A stretch of DNA of 64,000 nt from the human T2T-CHM13v2.0 reference genome, Homo sapiens. The stretch lies in NCBI RefSeq assembly GCF_009914755.1, contig NC_060932.1. One strand, given 5' to 3'. The notes under the pieces are model-generated. The model made no database searches and had not been told where the DNA came from. It saw only the letters and a list, made by a program, of their open reading frames with translations. Positions 1 through 13,056 of this stretch are shown here, piece after piece; positions within the stretch are counted from its first letter, which is position 1; each line of letters starts with the position of its first letter. A program made the translations under genes and the position numbers.

Positions 1-229
1 GTTCTCTTTCTACTCCCCCATGTCACAATATATGTTCCATCAAATGCTAGGAGCAGAATGAGACTAGGCAATGTCTCTCTTACAAGCACTTTGAGTGGCA
101 GCAGCAGAAATCAAGTGAGAGAACCCCAAGAGATAGCTGCAAACTCAATGAGAGAATAAAGAGTAATTAACTCTGCCGTCCTTCCTCCCTGAATGGACTT
201 CTTGGGCGCCTCTCAGCTCACATCTTGAG

Positions 230-990
230 GGTTTTTTTTTAATTTAGTAAAATATAAACAACATAAAATTCACCATTTTAGGCATACAATTCAATGGCAC
301 TATCTATTTCCAGAACTCTTTTATCTTCCTGATGTAGTTCAGATGTTGTCTCCTCTAAATCTCATGTGGAATTGTAATCCCCAGTGTTGGAGGCATGACC
401 TGGTAGGAGGCGATTGAGTCACGAGGGCAAATCCCTCGTGGCTGGGTGCTGTCCTCATGATAGTAAGTGAGTTATCAGGAGATCTGGTTGTTTAAAAACA
501 TGTAGTACTTCCCTCCTCTACTCTATTTATTGCTCCCCCTCTTGCCATGTGACAGGCCTGCTCCCACTTCGTCATCTACCATGAATAAAACCTCCCTTAG
601 ACCTCTCCAAAAGCTGGACAAATGCCAGTGCCATGCTTCCTGTACAGCCTGCAGAACCATGAACCAATTAAATTGCTTTTCTTGATAAATGACCCAGTCT
701 CAGGTATTTCTTTATAGCAATGCAAGAATGGCCTGATACACGTCTCAAACAGAAATTATGTATCCACCAAACAATCACTCCCCATTCTCCCCTCTTCTCA
801 GCCTCTAGTAACCTCTATTCTATTTTCTGTCTCTTTGAATTTGTCTATTCTTGGCACCTCATATAAATGGAATCATACAATATTTGTCCTTTTGTGTCTG
901 TCATCTTTCACTTAACATCATGTTTTTAAGGTTCATCTATGTCATAGCATATATCAGAATTCCACTCCTTTTTATGGCTGAATGATATTT
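230..990 (-). mobile_element. Old L1M(B-like) 3' fragment interrupted by an MST LTR
   Basis: Typical antisense L1MB 3'UTR text (acataaaattcaccatttta...; tatttgtccttttgtgtctg...ttcacttaacat) on both sides of the LTR. Confidence 0.65.
330..740 (+). mobile_element. MST-family (ERVL-MaLR) solo LTR
   Basis: TG...CA ends; characteristic 3' end cagtctcaggtatttctttatagcaatgcaagaatggcctgataca. Confidence 0.8.
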
Positions 991-999
991 GAGTTTGTT

Positions 1000-1300
1000 T
1001 TTAATTCATCTATCCAACAAATATTAATTGAGTAGTTTATCCACCCAAGCACTTTTCTAGATTCTATGGAGGGAGCAATAAGTGAAAGAGACAAAATTAT
1101 TGCTTAGTTCTTACAAATAAACAAGTGAATATATACTATGTCAGATGGTGACAAGTGCTATAGAAAAAAAACTGTATTGCAGAGAGGAACTGTAGAGGAA
1201 GAAGAGATCTCAAAGGCAGAGTGGAATCATTCACGTAGTTCCTTGAGAACTAGAGTAAGGATTTTGGATTTTACTCTGAAATGAGAAGTCAATAGAAAGT
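1000..1300 (-). mobile_element. L2 fragment (continues in pieces to about 2520)
   Basis: L2 3' end-like attcatctatccaacaaatattaattgag and ggattttggattttactctg. Confidence 0.5.
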
Positions 1301-1304
1301 CTGG

Positions 1305-1594
1305 AGCCGGGATGGGTGCAGTGGCTCACACCTGTAATCCCAGCCCTTTAGGAGGCCGAGGAGAGTGGATCACTTGAGAACAGGAGTTCAAGACCAGCCT
1401 GGCCAACATGATGAAACCCTGTCTCTACTAAAAATACAAAAAATTAGTTGGGCGTCATGGCACACACCTGTAATCCCAGCTACTAGGGAGGCTGAGGCAT
1501 AAGAATTGCTTGAAGCCAGGCGGTAGAGGCTGCAGTGAGCCCGGTGATCCAACAAAGCAAGACTCCGTCTCAGAAAAAAGAAAAAAGAAAGAAA
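1305..1594 (+). mobile_element. Alu (AluS-like) with small right-arm deletion
   Basis: Dimeric Alu consensus, A-rich tail, TSD-like agaaagtctg on both sides. Confidence 0.9.
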
Positions 1595-1716
1595 GTCTGC
1601 ACCTGTAGAGTGACATTTTCAAGGATAACTGTTTTGAAGGATAACTTTGGCTTCGGTGTTGAGATGAGACTATGACAGGAAATATGGCAAACGGAAGGAG
1701 AAAGATCAGTGAAAGG

Positions 1717-1758
1717 TGTGCATTAGTCAAGGTTCCCCAGAGAATCAGAAGCAATAAG

Positions 1759-1807
<49 letters not shown>

Positions 1808-2030
1808 CTTGCGTGCATCTGTGTGTTACATGGGGAGAGATATACTTTAAGGAATTGGCTCATGTAATTGTGGAGGGTGTCAAGTCTGAAATCTGTAGGG
1901 CAAGCCAGCAGGCTGGAAATTCAAGTAAGAGCTGATGTTGCAGTCTTCATTCTGAAGTCCACAGGACAGGACAGAACAGTTGGAAACTCAGTCAGCGTTT
2001 CCATGTTGCAATCTTGAGGCCAAATTCCTT
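1717..2030 (-). mobile_element. MLT2-family (ERVL) LTR fragment containing a (TG)n tract
   Basis: tttaaggaattggctcatgtaattgtggagg...aagtctgaaatctgtagggcaagccagcaggctggaaat is typical MLT2 text. Confidence 0.7.
1761..1808. repeat. (GT)17-(GC)n alternating purine-pyrimidine microsatellite
   Basis: Seen directly. Confidence 0.95.
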
Positions 2031-2332
2031 TTGAGGTAGAATCTACTCCATGCCTCTTCTTAGCCTCTGGTGGTTTGCTGTCAATCTCTGGCATTTCTTG
2101 GGCAGTGGATGCATCAACCCAATTTCTGCCTTACATGGCATTCTCTCTGTGTGTATATCTGTGTCGAAATTTCCCCTTTGTATAAGGACACCAGTCATAC
2201 TGGAATAGGGTGTCCTTCATCTTACTAATTACATCTGCTGCAATGCTATTTCCAAGTAAGGTCATATTCCAAGGTACTAGGGACTAGAATTTTAATATGT
2301 AAATTTTGGGAGGTGCAAGTCAACCTATAACA
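2031..2332 (-). mobile_element. MLT1 (MaLR) LTR fragment
   Basis: taaggacaccagtcatactgga...tatttccaagtaaggtcatattc...caacctataaca typical of MLT1B/C. Confidence 0.7.
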
Positions 2333-2529
2333 CAGGGTAACAGCTGTGAATATGAAGTAGTTGGATTTGGCCAGAGAATTTTAAAAAGAGAGTCTGGGAT
2401 ACTCCAATGATGTTTTTCGCCTGAACAAAAATAGTTAAACTTCCCATTTGCTGAGCTGGTGAAGACTGCAAGAGGAGAAAGCTCGGAGAAGAATAACAAG
2501 GGTTCAGTTTTTTATGTAATAAGTTTTCA

Positions 2530-2878
<349 letters not shown>

Positions 2879-4099
2879 CTACCCTAAGTCCCTTACTTGG
2901 CTAGTAATACCTATGGCGAGAACAGAGGACCCAGTTATCTCTGCAGAAGCAAGGCAGACAGAGCCTTTGAGTGTTTCCCTTCTCTAGACATACAAGTCAT
3001 CTAAGTAGCTCTCATTTCTGGCCCACTCCACTTCCCTTTCCAGCCCCTCCTCCCTCGTTATCATTGCCTCCATTACACAACATTTCCTTATGACATCTCC
3101 ATGTAAGCCTTAGGCATAAATACATTTTAAAAGTTATTAAAAGAATGGAACAAGTCAGAACTGATTATGAGCTGCAGAAATATTCTTTTTAAGAGTTGTA
3201 TGTTCACAAGGAACATTAAGATTCTGAAGGAACCTTAATAATAGAAACATATTATGAAGAGTTGGGTTCACCTCAAGTTAATATTAACCTGTGACTCTAA
3301 TAGCCAGGATCTGTTAGCTTATTTATATTGCCACCTTTCAATCTGCATAATTTATGGTCAATGCAGGGAAAGATTTGCCTTTATAGTTTTCACTGTCAGC
3401 TAGATTCTTCCATCCAAGTGGAAGAATTACATTTCCAAATAACAGAAAGTTAAAATGTATAATGTGACTAAACTACAGCAAAGTGGAACTTAAAAATAAA
3501 GTTCAGGAGAAAATAGGTCATTTCATAAAACTAACTTCAAATTCTATTTGAACTGTGACTTTAATTCTAAAGAGTCTCAGAAATTTTTGGTACAGGAGTC
3601 ATTTATTCTGCTATGGATATTTCCTTTATGAAATGCTGCTATTTAAGCATGAATGAAAACCTTCCATTTGAAATGGGCAAGACATTGTTCATACGGATTT
3701 AGGCTGTGGCGATTTTCGTCTGCATAAAGGCACTCTGGTTGCTGTTCAGTAGCCAACATGATTGATTAGGGAAGTGGTGGTTCAATCAGAATAAAGTATT
3801 CCCCAAGTATTCTGGATCCCTAAGGACCAGTGCTTCCAGGAATACGGTACTGATGATTCCATTTTGTGGCTATTTTTTGACAGTCCTCAGACTGTCAAAT
3901 AGAATCTGGCCTAAAAGGAGGACAAGGCTCTCTGAAGTGCAGCCCTTCGGGCAGCTGAAGGTCTTTCTGCAGATAACTTTTCTCAGATCGAATTTTTTGG
4001 CTACATTGATACTCTTCGGCTCTGTCCTTGCCAGAAGTTCGGAAGGATTCCAGCGCCCCACACCTTGCTTGATTCACCCTCATCCCCTCCCCTAACTGG

Positions 4100-5480
4100 A
4101 GAAGCCGCTGGGTCCCGCGCCAGGCTCGCGGTGGCTTCAGAGTAGCAGGGGAGCAGGCGGCTGATCCGGAGGCCAGTGTGGGGCCGGCAAGCGGTGACTG
4201 TCTCCAGAGGAGCAAAGGAGCCGAGTCTTGTTTTTCTTGGATCAGGTTTGGGACTTTTATTCTGTCTGACCATTTCCACCACTTGCCTCACAAGAGTCTC
4301 TGTCTCGAAGCACAGGACCGAAGCAAAATGCCTAATGAAGCGTGCCTGAGGAAGGGGCAGGGGCTTGCAAGTGACTTGGGAAGAAGGACTGGGGCGAAGG
4401 GAGAAAGGAGGTTACGAGTTCGCACGTTCTCACAAAACCATTTGAAAACATGAGCTGGAGACGCCAAATTCTGGGACCCACGAAAGGCTTTGGAGCTCGC
4501 TCGGGCTCCTCGAAGTTGGGCGTGCGTCGCAGAACAGTGCTGGGCGCTCTCTTTCAGCATTTTCGGCTTTTTTCAAGCCCTTGCGTAGGGTCGGGAAGGC
4601 CGTGGGTGGGCTCAGTCAGGCTTTAGGTCGCCAGGAACCCGGCTGGTCCTCTCTCGACTTCTTAGCGTGGGGTCCCGCCGGCCCTGCCGCCCGTGGCCGC
4701 CGAAGTTCCCGCCCTCGCCGAGGGCCCTCGCTCCGGAGTGGGGCGCAGACGCGGCCGCCGGCCCGCAGTCCCCCGCAGGTGCCGCCCAGGACTAGCTGCC
4801 CGGCGGAGGCCGAGCACGCTTGGCGGCAGCTGAGCCTCCACCCCAAGCCCCAGCCGGAGGGGCGCGTCCCCTGTCCTCCTCCCGAGCGAGACGAACGCTC
4901 AGCAGCTCGTTCCCTGGGCGCCAAGACCGATTTCCAAGTCGCCCACTTTCCCCCTCGAGGGAGCTGTTGGCGCTTCTCCAGAAGCCTCCTCGGCTCCCAG
5001 CTCCAGCCCCTAAAATAAAAGCACCTTGCCAGAGAGCGGGGGAGGGGAGCAGCTGAACGAGGAGAATGAAAATACTGGGAGAACGACCCCATTCTCCAGG
5101 AAAAGGTAATGAGGGGAAGTGAAACAGTGTGAACTTACTCGGAAATGCAAACCGAGTTCAACTCACCCAGGAGCAAACAAACGACAGCAAGACAAATCAG
5201 CCACCGCACTCGCGGCTTCCCAGAAAGGGCCTCATGAATGAGAATGGGTTGCTAGGTTTCCTTCCCTCTCTCCTGACAATCGCTTCCCACAAGACTTCCA
5301 CCGCCGAAAGAATACAGGCCGGGCCTGGTGACTGCGGAGTGAGGGAACCGCGCCAGGCCCACGAGGCCGCTCGCGACCGCTCCCGCCTTCAGGACCCTGG
5401 AGAGCGGCCGCCGCGCCCCTGGGACCCACGCCCAACCCAGAACACCCGCGCTCGCCTCCCGCGCCTCACCACCCCAGCAC
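4100..5480. promoter_or_regulatory. CpG island (upstream block)
   Basis: High GC and dense unmutated CpGs in non-repeat sequence. Confidence 0.75.
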
Positions 5481-6319
5481 TTTATTCGCTGCTTCCCGCC
5501 TCCACCTTCATTTTTTTTGGCAACCACCGCTCTTGTTTTTCACAGACAGATTAAATTGTTTTTTGTTTGGCATGAGGGGGTGTTTGGATTGGCCGAGCTA
5601 CATTCCGGTTTGTAACTACACTAAACGTTAGTGTACCAAGAAACTAAGAGCGTCTCAAAGATGACAGTCTGAACGTGGCAGGTGACCTTAAAAAGCCACT
5701 GAGTTCAACCCCTTTATAAATGAACTCAAAAAATAAAGAGACATTCCCAAGGTTAGCCATTAAGTTAGTGGCAAGGTTGAGTGTAGAACCGTGGGTTTCT
5801 GACTTCTAAACTAGTGCTTCCCTCCACTTTCCAAAAGAAAAAAAATATCTCATTGCTTAGGTCTCCTAAGCAACAAGTGGAAGGTGGAAAGGCCGGTGTT
5901 CCCGGGAATAAGAAGGACACATGGAGTTTGGAAAGGAGGTCTGCAGAGGGTTCACTTGTAGTAGCAGCCCTAACATGGAATCCCGGTGTCCCCAGCTCCA
6001 CGCAACATACCTACAGCCGCACTGGCCAGTCCCTTTTTCCAACCAGCCTGTGGAGGGTCTGAGGCCCTTCAGCCACCTTCAGCCACTATCTGGACCTTCC
6101 ATAGACAACAATCCCAATAGAATCTAGTAGCCAAGGCCAACTCTGTGCCTCTGGCAGGCAGAGCCCTGGGCACTTAGGGAGATGGGAAAGGGCAGGGGGA
6201 ACAAGGGAAGACCAGAGAAGGGAGGGGAAGAGCAACAGTTACAAAAGTGAACTAAGATTTTCATCCAAATTCTGAAGAACCAGGCGATGTGAACACAGAC
6301 CCTTCTGCATACCGCATGT

Positions 6320-6470
6320 CACATTCAGCGCGCATGGTAGTCCCCTGGGAATGTTACCATGCAGATTCCGATGCATTGGCTGGGTGGGGCTCAAGAGTCT
6401 TTATTTCTAACAAGCTCCTAGGTGTTGGCGAAGCTGCTGGCCTACGGACCACACTTCAAGTAGCACGGAG
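6320..6470. mobile_element. MER5-type hAT DNA transposon remnant
   Basis: atgcagattc...tttctaacaagctcctaggtg...gctgctgg...ggaccacactt..agtagca. Confidence 0.65.
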
Positions 6471-6650
6471 TTAGGAAATACAGGAGTGGGAGGGGAAAGA
6501 ATCTAACTATAGGCCTTTCCTTCTGCTTTCACCGACCTTCTCTTGCACCCCCAAAGTAACGCTTCAAAATTCTGTAGTAAAGAGCCCCATCTAAGCGGCC
6601 GGACACCACAGTAACCGTATGCTGGTTTTGTTTCTCTCTCCCCACCCCAG

Positions 6651-6995
6651 TCCTTCCCGCCTGCACAGCTCCCAGACTCGCCCGCCGCCCCGAAGCTGTT
6701 CGGCCTCCTTTCTAGCCCGCTTTCCAGCCTCGCAAGGTTCTTCTCTCACCTTCTCCGGCGACCCCCTCCCGAGGCTCCCCGGAGGCGCCTGGACTTCTCC
6801 CCCCTGCTTCCCGCCCTGCCGGCCGCCCGGCTCTCGAGGGGGCACGAGGAGCTGCCGGGCCGCCTCTCGCTCCTGCTCGGGGCGGCGCTGGCACTGCCCG
6901 GCCGACCCTCGGGGGGTCGTCCGCTGAGGCCCCCCCATCCGGTAGCCAAGCCCAGGGAAGAAGACGCCACCGCTGGGCAGAGCTCGCCTATGCCG
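6651..6995 (+). CDS. RGS20: RGS20 long-isoform (Ret-RGS type) internal coding exon, 345 nt, phase 0-0
   Basis: Pyrimidine tract and cag acceptor ending 6650; open frame SFPPAQLPDSPAAPKLFGLLSSPLSSLARFFSHLL...EEDATAGQSSPMP; donor gtgagt at 6996; peptide matches the RGS20 long-isoform N-terminus as I recall it. Confidence 0.92.
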
Positions 6996-8408
6996 GTGAG
7001 TACCGTGGTCTCCACTACGCCCCACACCCAGCCTCCCCAGGACACCAGCCTCTCCCGATTCTTCCTAACCCCAACTGACCCGCTCCGCTGGGGCTAGCAG
7101 TAGGGAGGGTGGCAAGGTCGGGAAGGCCGGGACGTGGCTGGGCAAGTCCTAGGACGGGACATTGGCGGCTCCCGGGACACCGCCCCTCCCCGCGGGAAGA
7201 CACTCCAAGCTACTTTTTCCTGGGCCATTTCCTTTCCATGGTCCAAGAAAACGGGAGGGAGCCCTCGCTCTTCCCCGAGGCTGCCTTTCAAACTCTCAGC
7301 GTGTCGCTCTCCTCCGCCTACTCCGAGCCTCCCCCAAACGCGCCTCCGCCTGCTCCCAGCGCTCGCTCTCCCACTCCCCTGCCCTCTCGGCAGGCAAGGG
7401 AGGAAATGACGTGATGTTATTTTTGTGTCAGGTCAGTTTCCAGCTTCAGCTTAGCCCTCCGGGCTCCAGGGAACTAACCCCGCGGCCCCACCGGGTCCCA
7501 CTCCCGAAGGGACGCTGCGGGCTACGGGGACACGCGGTGCTGCGAGTCCGGAGAGCTGGGCGGCTGGGTTCCCCCTCCCGCTGCCCCCTGGTCTACTCCT
7601 TTCCCCGGACTCCGGAGTCCCTGGAGAAGGGGACGCGGAGGGCGACTGCCGAGGGTCTCAGCGGGATCTGGAGTCAGGGGTTAGTTCCCCCCCTTATCCC
7701 CCGCTCGGTTGCTGGGTGGGGCCTCCGCGCTCTGGCTAGCTGGGAGGGGGCGAGGGCCGCTTTCCAGGGCGGGAAGACCGGAGGCCTAGGCTGCGCCGGG
7801 GTGGGGCGGGGACAGAGCTCAGAGAGGCGCCCCGGGCCGGGGAGAAGGTAGGGGGCTGCCCTCCAGAGACGCGCAGTCCACAGACGCGAAGCTCTGGGGA
7901 CCAAGCGCCCCCTCCATGCCTGCCGCCCACCCCCGCTCCTTCCTCCCGCTCCCTTCATTCACGAGGTCCGAGCACGCAGTCCAGCACACTCTAGTCTCGC
8001 TCGGCCCCGCGCGCCGAGGGGAGGCGATGACACAGAGGGCTTCGCGGACGCCCTCTACGCGCGCCTGGCTTCGCATCCACACTCTTGGGACTTGCTAATG
8101 CGGGGCTGGAGCAGTGGGGCTGCGGCCGGGGTGGAGGTCGCGCCCCGCGTGGGGCCTCGGGGGTACCCCTAGCACCCGCGGCGGTGGAGTGCGCCGCCGC
8201 TGGAGGGAGGCGAGACGTGGGATTGCCCGGCCGGGTAAAAGGAGTGAGGGGGCGGGGAGGAGGCAGAGCAAGGGGAGGAAGAGGCCGGGAGAAGAGGGCT
8301 AGAGCAAAGACCGAGAGCCGGAGAAAGGCGAAAGGCGCGGTGAGCAATCGCCGACGTAGAGAGGGCAGCCCTCCGCGCTGCAATATTGAGAAGGCACCCG
8401 CGGGACGC

Positions 8409-8477
8409 ATGCGCACGGCGGACGGAGGCGAGCCGGCCGGGGCTTCCTCCCCGGCCGGCAGGGTGGACGGTGGGCTC
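8409..8477 (+). CDS. RGS20: RGS20 short-isoform (RGSZ1) first exon, coding part MRTADGGEPAGASSPAGRVDGGL
   Basis: ATG at 8409, 23 codons, donor gtgagt at 8478; peptide matches the recalled N-terminus of the short RGS20 isoform; 5'UTR start cannot be determined. Confidence 0.92.
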
Positions 8478-9989
8478 GTGAGTATCCCAGTTCCTCGAAC
8501 TCTCTTTCTTCGTCTCGGGCTCGCCCTGAGGCTTCGTGCTGGAAAGTGGCCGAGGCTGGGAGGGGCGCGCCGCTCGTCCGGACCTCAGGGTGTCGCCGTT
8601 GCTGCGGGGCGGGAGCCGGTGCGAGTCGGGGGTTCCTTCCCGCAGTGCGAGTTTGGGGGAGTGGGGCTGCGAGTGCGTCCGCGTGCGAAGAGGGGCATCG
8701 CGCCACCAGGATCAATATGTCCCGGGCCTGCCAGGGCGTCCGCGATTCCACCTCTGCGGCTTCGCGTCGGTGTCTTGGTGGGGAACGCGGGAGTCTAGTC
8801 TTTAGACCCTAGAAATCGCATTGACCACCCGAAGCGTATTTCGGAAAGACCAGGCGGGTGGAAGCGTCGGCTTTCTCACGGGATAGGGAGAGGACAAGGA
8901 AGGGGTTGGGCGCCCGGGGCTGGTGGTTTGAGCGCCGCTGGGAAGGGTAAGGAGACAGAGCCTCCTGGAATCGTAGCGCCTCCTTTTAGGAGAAGTGCAA
9001 CCAGGGCAGGGGCACCGAGGGGCAGGGTGAGGAAGTGGACGCCCCACGCGTGGACCCTAGAAGACCGACTAGGTATGGGCGTTCACTCGGAGCCTCTGTT
9101 CACGCTCTTGAAAACCGAATGAACAGAGAAGTGCCCTCCACCCTTCGCCTGCGCCAGGGCAGTTAACGTGCAGGCGCCGCCGGGATTTTCCTGGAACAAA
9201 CCCGGGCACTTGATCTTCCGCACCCTCGGAGCTGCCCTGGGAAGTCGAAACAAGTCTGGGCGCCCGGACTGCGGAGACTGGAAAGCAGGGGGCGGAGGGC
9301 GGGAGACTGGGGGCGGGAAGTGGAGGTGCAGGCTGCAGCTGGGGACCGCGGTGGGCGTTGGAGGGGAGGGTCTGTGTGCGCGGCTGTCCTCCAGCGCTGG
9401 GGGAGCGGACGGGCCAGGGGCCTCTAGGGAAGCGGCGCTCCGGGACCGGGGTGGCTTTCCCGTCTCTGTGTGCGCGGCGATCCCCACACCCAGCTCGGGC
9501 GGAGGAGCCCTGAGAGAAGCGGCTAGCTGAGAGTGGGGTGGGCGTTTTGGGGAAAGGTTTGCGTGCGCTGCGGCCCTACCGCTGCTAGAGAAGTGGAAGA
9601 GAGAGAGTGGGCGCCGGGAGGGGGTCTATAGGCGCCGCGACCTACCCCATCTCCCTCCACGCTTGTGGGGGAGTGAGTGGGGAAGGGGCTTTGGGAGAGG
9701 CGGCGCGCGGGCACTGAGGTGCATCGTGAGCTTCCCGGACTTGACAGCATCAAAGGAAAATCCTGGCGAGCAGCCAGGGCCAGCGAGCGACCCCAGCAGC
9801 AGGGACGCGGCCGTGCGAGAGCTCGCGGACAGGCGAGGGGGATCCCAGGGGAGCAGCTGCTGCCCACGGGCCACGGGCGATGCACGGAGTGGAGAAGTGA
9901 ACGTGGTCTACAGGATTTCTGTCCGGAAGGTGGAGAGCGCTACAGGGGAATCTCCTCGATTCCTGTCCGTCTCGTAACTTGGCAAAAGC

Positions 9990-10054
9990 TCGCGCCACTG
10001 CCCTCCGGCCTGGGCGACAGAGCAAGACTCCGTCTCAAAAAAAAAAAAAAAAAA
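9990..10054 (+). mobile_element. Severely 5'-truncated Alu
   Basis: Alu 3' end plus A18; TSD tggcaaaagc at 9980-9989 and 10055-10064. Confidence 0.9.
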
Positions 10055-10534
10055 TGGCAAAAGCCTATCGCTCTTTGTCGAACTCCCCACGTTCCCCAGT
10101 CACCTGGCTGGGGTTCGTTGGTGTCAAAACCCCAGCCTTGGTGCCCTCGGTGCCAGCAGGACCCTCGCCCACTGGCTAGCGGAATTAGGCACCTGCACGC
10201 GGGCTCCTCATTGCCCCGGAGTGTGGGGAGGAAGGGGCTTCTGCATCAGTCTCCAGCCACCCTCCTTGGGACACAAGTGGCAGGGCCCTGGCGTGGCTTG
10301 GCTTCATTTCATCCCTAGTGGCTCCAAACCGTGGAATTGACTAAACAAATGTTCAAATTCGCAAAACGGTCTGACTTCCGCCCCAAACTTGACAAGGACA
10401 TTTCTAGTGAAATTACTCTATCTGTAAGTTTTTTGGCACAACCATAGTTTGCAATTTACTATTTTTGTTAAAATATTTTTTCTCCAAACCTAATTTTTTT
10501 GGGGGTCTCATCCTGTTTATCTTCTGTTCGTTAA

Positions 10535-10856
<322 letters not shown>

Positions 10857-10988
10857 ATAAGTGACATCTTTCTTATCACGTATTAGTAACGCATATGAGA
10901 GGCAGTGTTGCCAAACCAGTGGGAGTCTTGAGCTCTGTAACTGGGTTCAGATCCCAACCTAACTGCATAAACTTGGACTAGTTACTTA

Positions 10989-11352
<364 letters not shown>

Positions 11353-11584
11353 GAGTATCTACCTAATGTGCTAGCTGACAGCATTCAGTAAATTAATAAC
11401 ATAGAGCTCTTATAACGGGATGGCACATACCAAGCAAAAGCTGTTATTACTATTATTATATTGATGCTAAATTGGCTAGACTTCAAACTATAAATAAGAT
11501 CAGTAACAGAATGCATATTTTTGTATACTATAAAGAGTATGCATAATGAAACACATGTCCATCATCCAAATTAGAAAAACAGTC

Positions 11585-11805
11585 TTTTTTTTTTTTTTTT
11601 TTTTTTGATGCTGGGTCTCACTCTCTCACCCAGGCTGGAGTGCAGTGGCACGACTGAGGCCCACTGCACCCTTGAACTCCCAGATTCAAAGGATCCTCCC
11701 ACCTCAGCCTCAGGAGTAGCTGAGACTTAAGGTGCCTGCCACCGCACCTGGCTAATTTTTTAATTTTTTATAGAGACAGGATCTCGCTGTGTTGCCAGGG
11801 CTGAT
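11585..11805 (-). mobile_element. AluJ, partial
   Basis: T-tail, right arm and part of left arm. Confidence 0.8.
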
Positions 11806-11944
11806 GAACAGCCAGTTTAAGAGAATCTGAAAATGTACCTTAGGAGCTTGAAGTGCTAACTTGTCTGAGATCACTGTAAACGTTTTAGCTGAAACACCCC
11901 TTATATCAAAAATACAGAATGATGAAAATCAGGTTACTTATTCT

Positions 11945-12080
11945 ACCTCCTTCGTTTTACAGATGAGGAAACATTCAGAGAGGTTAAGGGTCTGGGCCAG
12001 AGATCTCCAGCTAATTAGGGGCCAAAATAGAATGAAGACTTCTGACTCATTCCCCAGGGCTCTTACACACCACACTGCTG
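11945..12080 (-). mobile_element. MIR
   Basis: ttttacagatgaggaaacattcagagaggttaag core. Confidence 0.7.
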
Positions 12081-12725
12081 ATTTCCTGTTTACTACGGAT
12101 TAATGAACTGTTAACAGATAGAAAGTATAAATAAGGAAAAAGTGTACGAGCATGTGCTATCTCTAGCACCAAGAAGGACCAGGCAGTCATGTCGTGGCTA
12201 CTGTTGTCCCACAGCTTTATCTTGGTCCCTCACATTATAAGACATGACCACATGACTCGCCTCAGGTAAGGTAAGGTCACAGATCAAGCTATTGTCAGAG
12301 CCAGCATTAGCATTTTAGGCCCCACTTGGGTATACATTTGATTGCATATTCTATTAATCTCCTGTAGCAGTTTTAGAAATCATTTTTGAGCTTTTCTTGA
12401 ATTCTTAAAATATCCTTCCAGCTGGCTTTGAAGGTCTTTCCTATAAGAAAGCCTTTTAGAAAACGCCTTCAAAATTACACAGAAGGAGATTTTATTATTC
12501 TAGATTTTATGGACTAGCGAGAGTAAAAGAGAAAAGCTTTCTTATTTTAATGCAGTAGCCTGTAACTGGTTTCATTCCAGGCATTAAGTATTAATTCCTG
12601 AAATCCTGCTGTTCTTTTATTTCCGCATGTGGGCATCTAACCACATTCACCTTCCATGGACAGATGCAGATAGTGGCTTAAAGGTCCAGCCCTCACATCC
12701 ACAGTTTAAGAATTATACAGCAGAG

Positions 12726-13056
<331 letters not shown>

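Larger units (their letters stand above)
6580..10000. promoter_or_regulatory. RGS20: Main CpG island / internal RGS20 (RGSZ1) promoter
   Basis: Very CpG-rich; GC boxes GGGGCGGGG (about 7803 and 8249); CRE-like TGACGTGA (7407); surrounds the RGSZ1 first exon. Confidence 0.85.

Noticed and set aside
8085-8798. 237-aa ORF as a standalone gene
   Set aside because: Only 8409-8477 matches RGS20; the rest is GC-rich open frame reading through a strong gtgagt donor.
9792-9812. REST/RE1-like motif (cccagcagcagggacgcggcc)
   Set aside because: Too many mismatches at core positions of the RE1 consensus.
4581-10318. Many overlapping 60-229 aa ORFs on both strands
   Set aside because: Expected from stop-codon scarcity in CpG islands; low-complexity R/G/P/A peptides with no recognisable domain.
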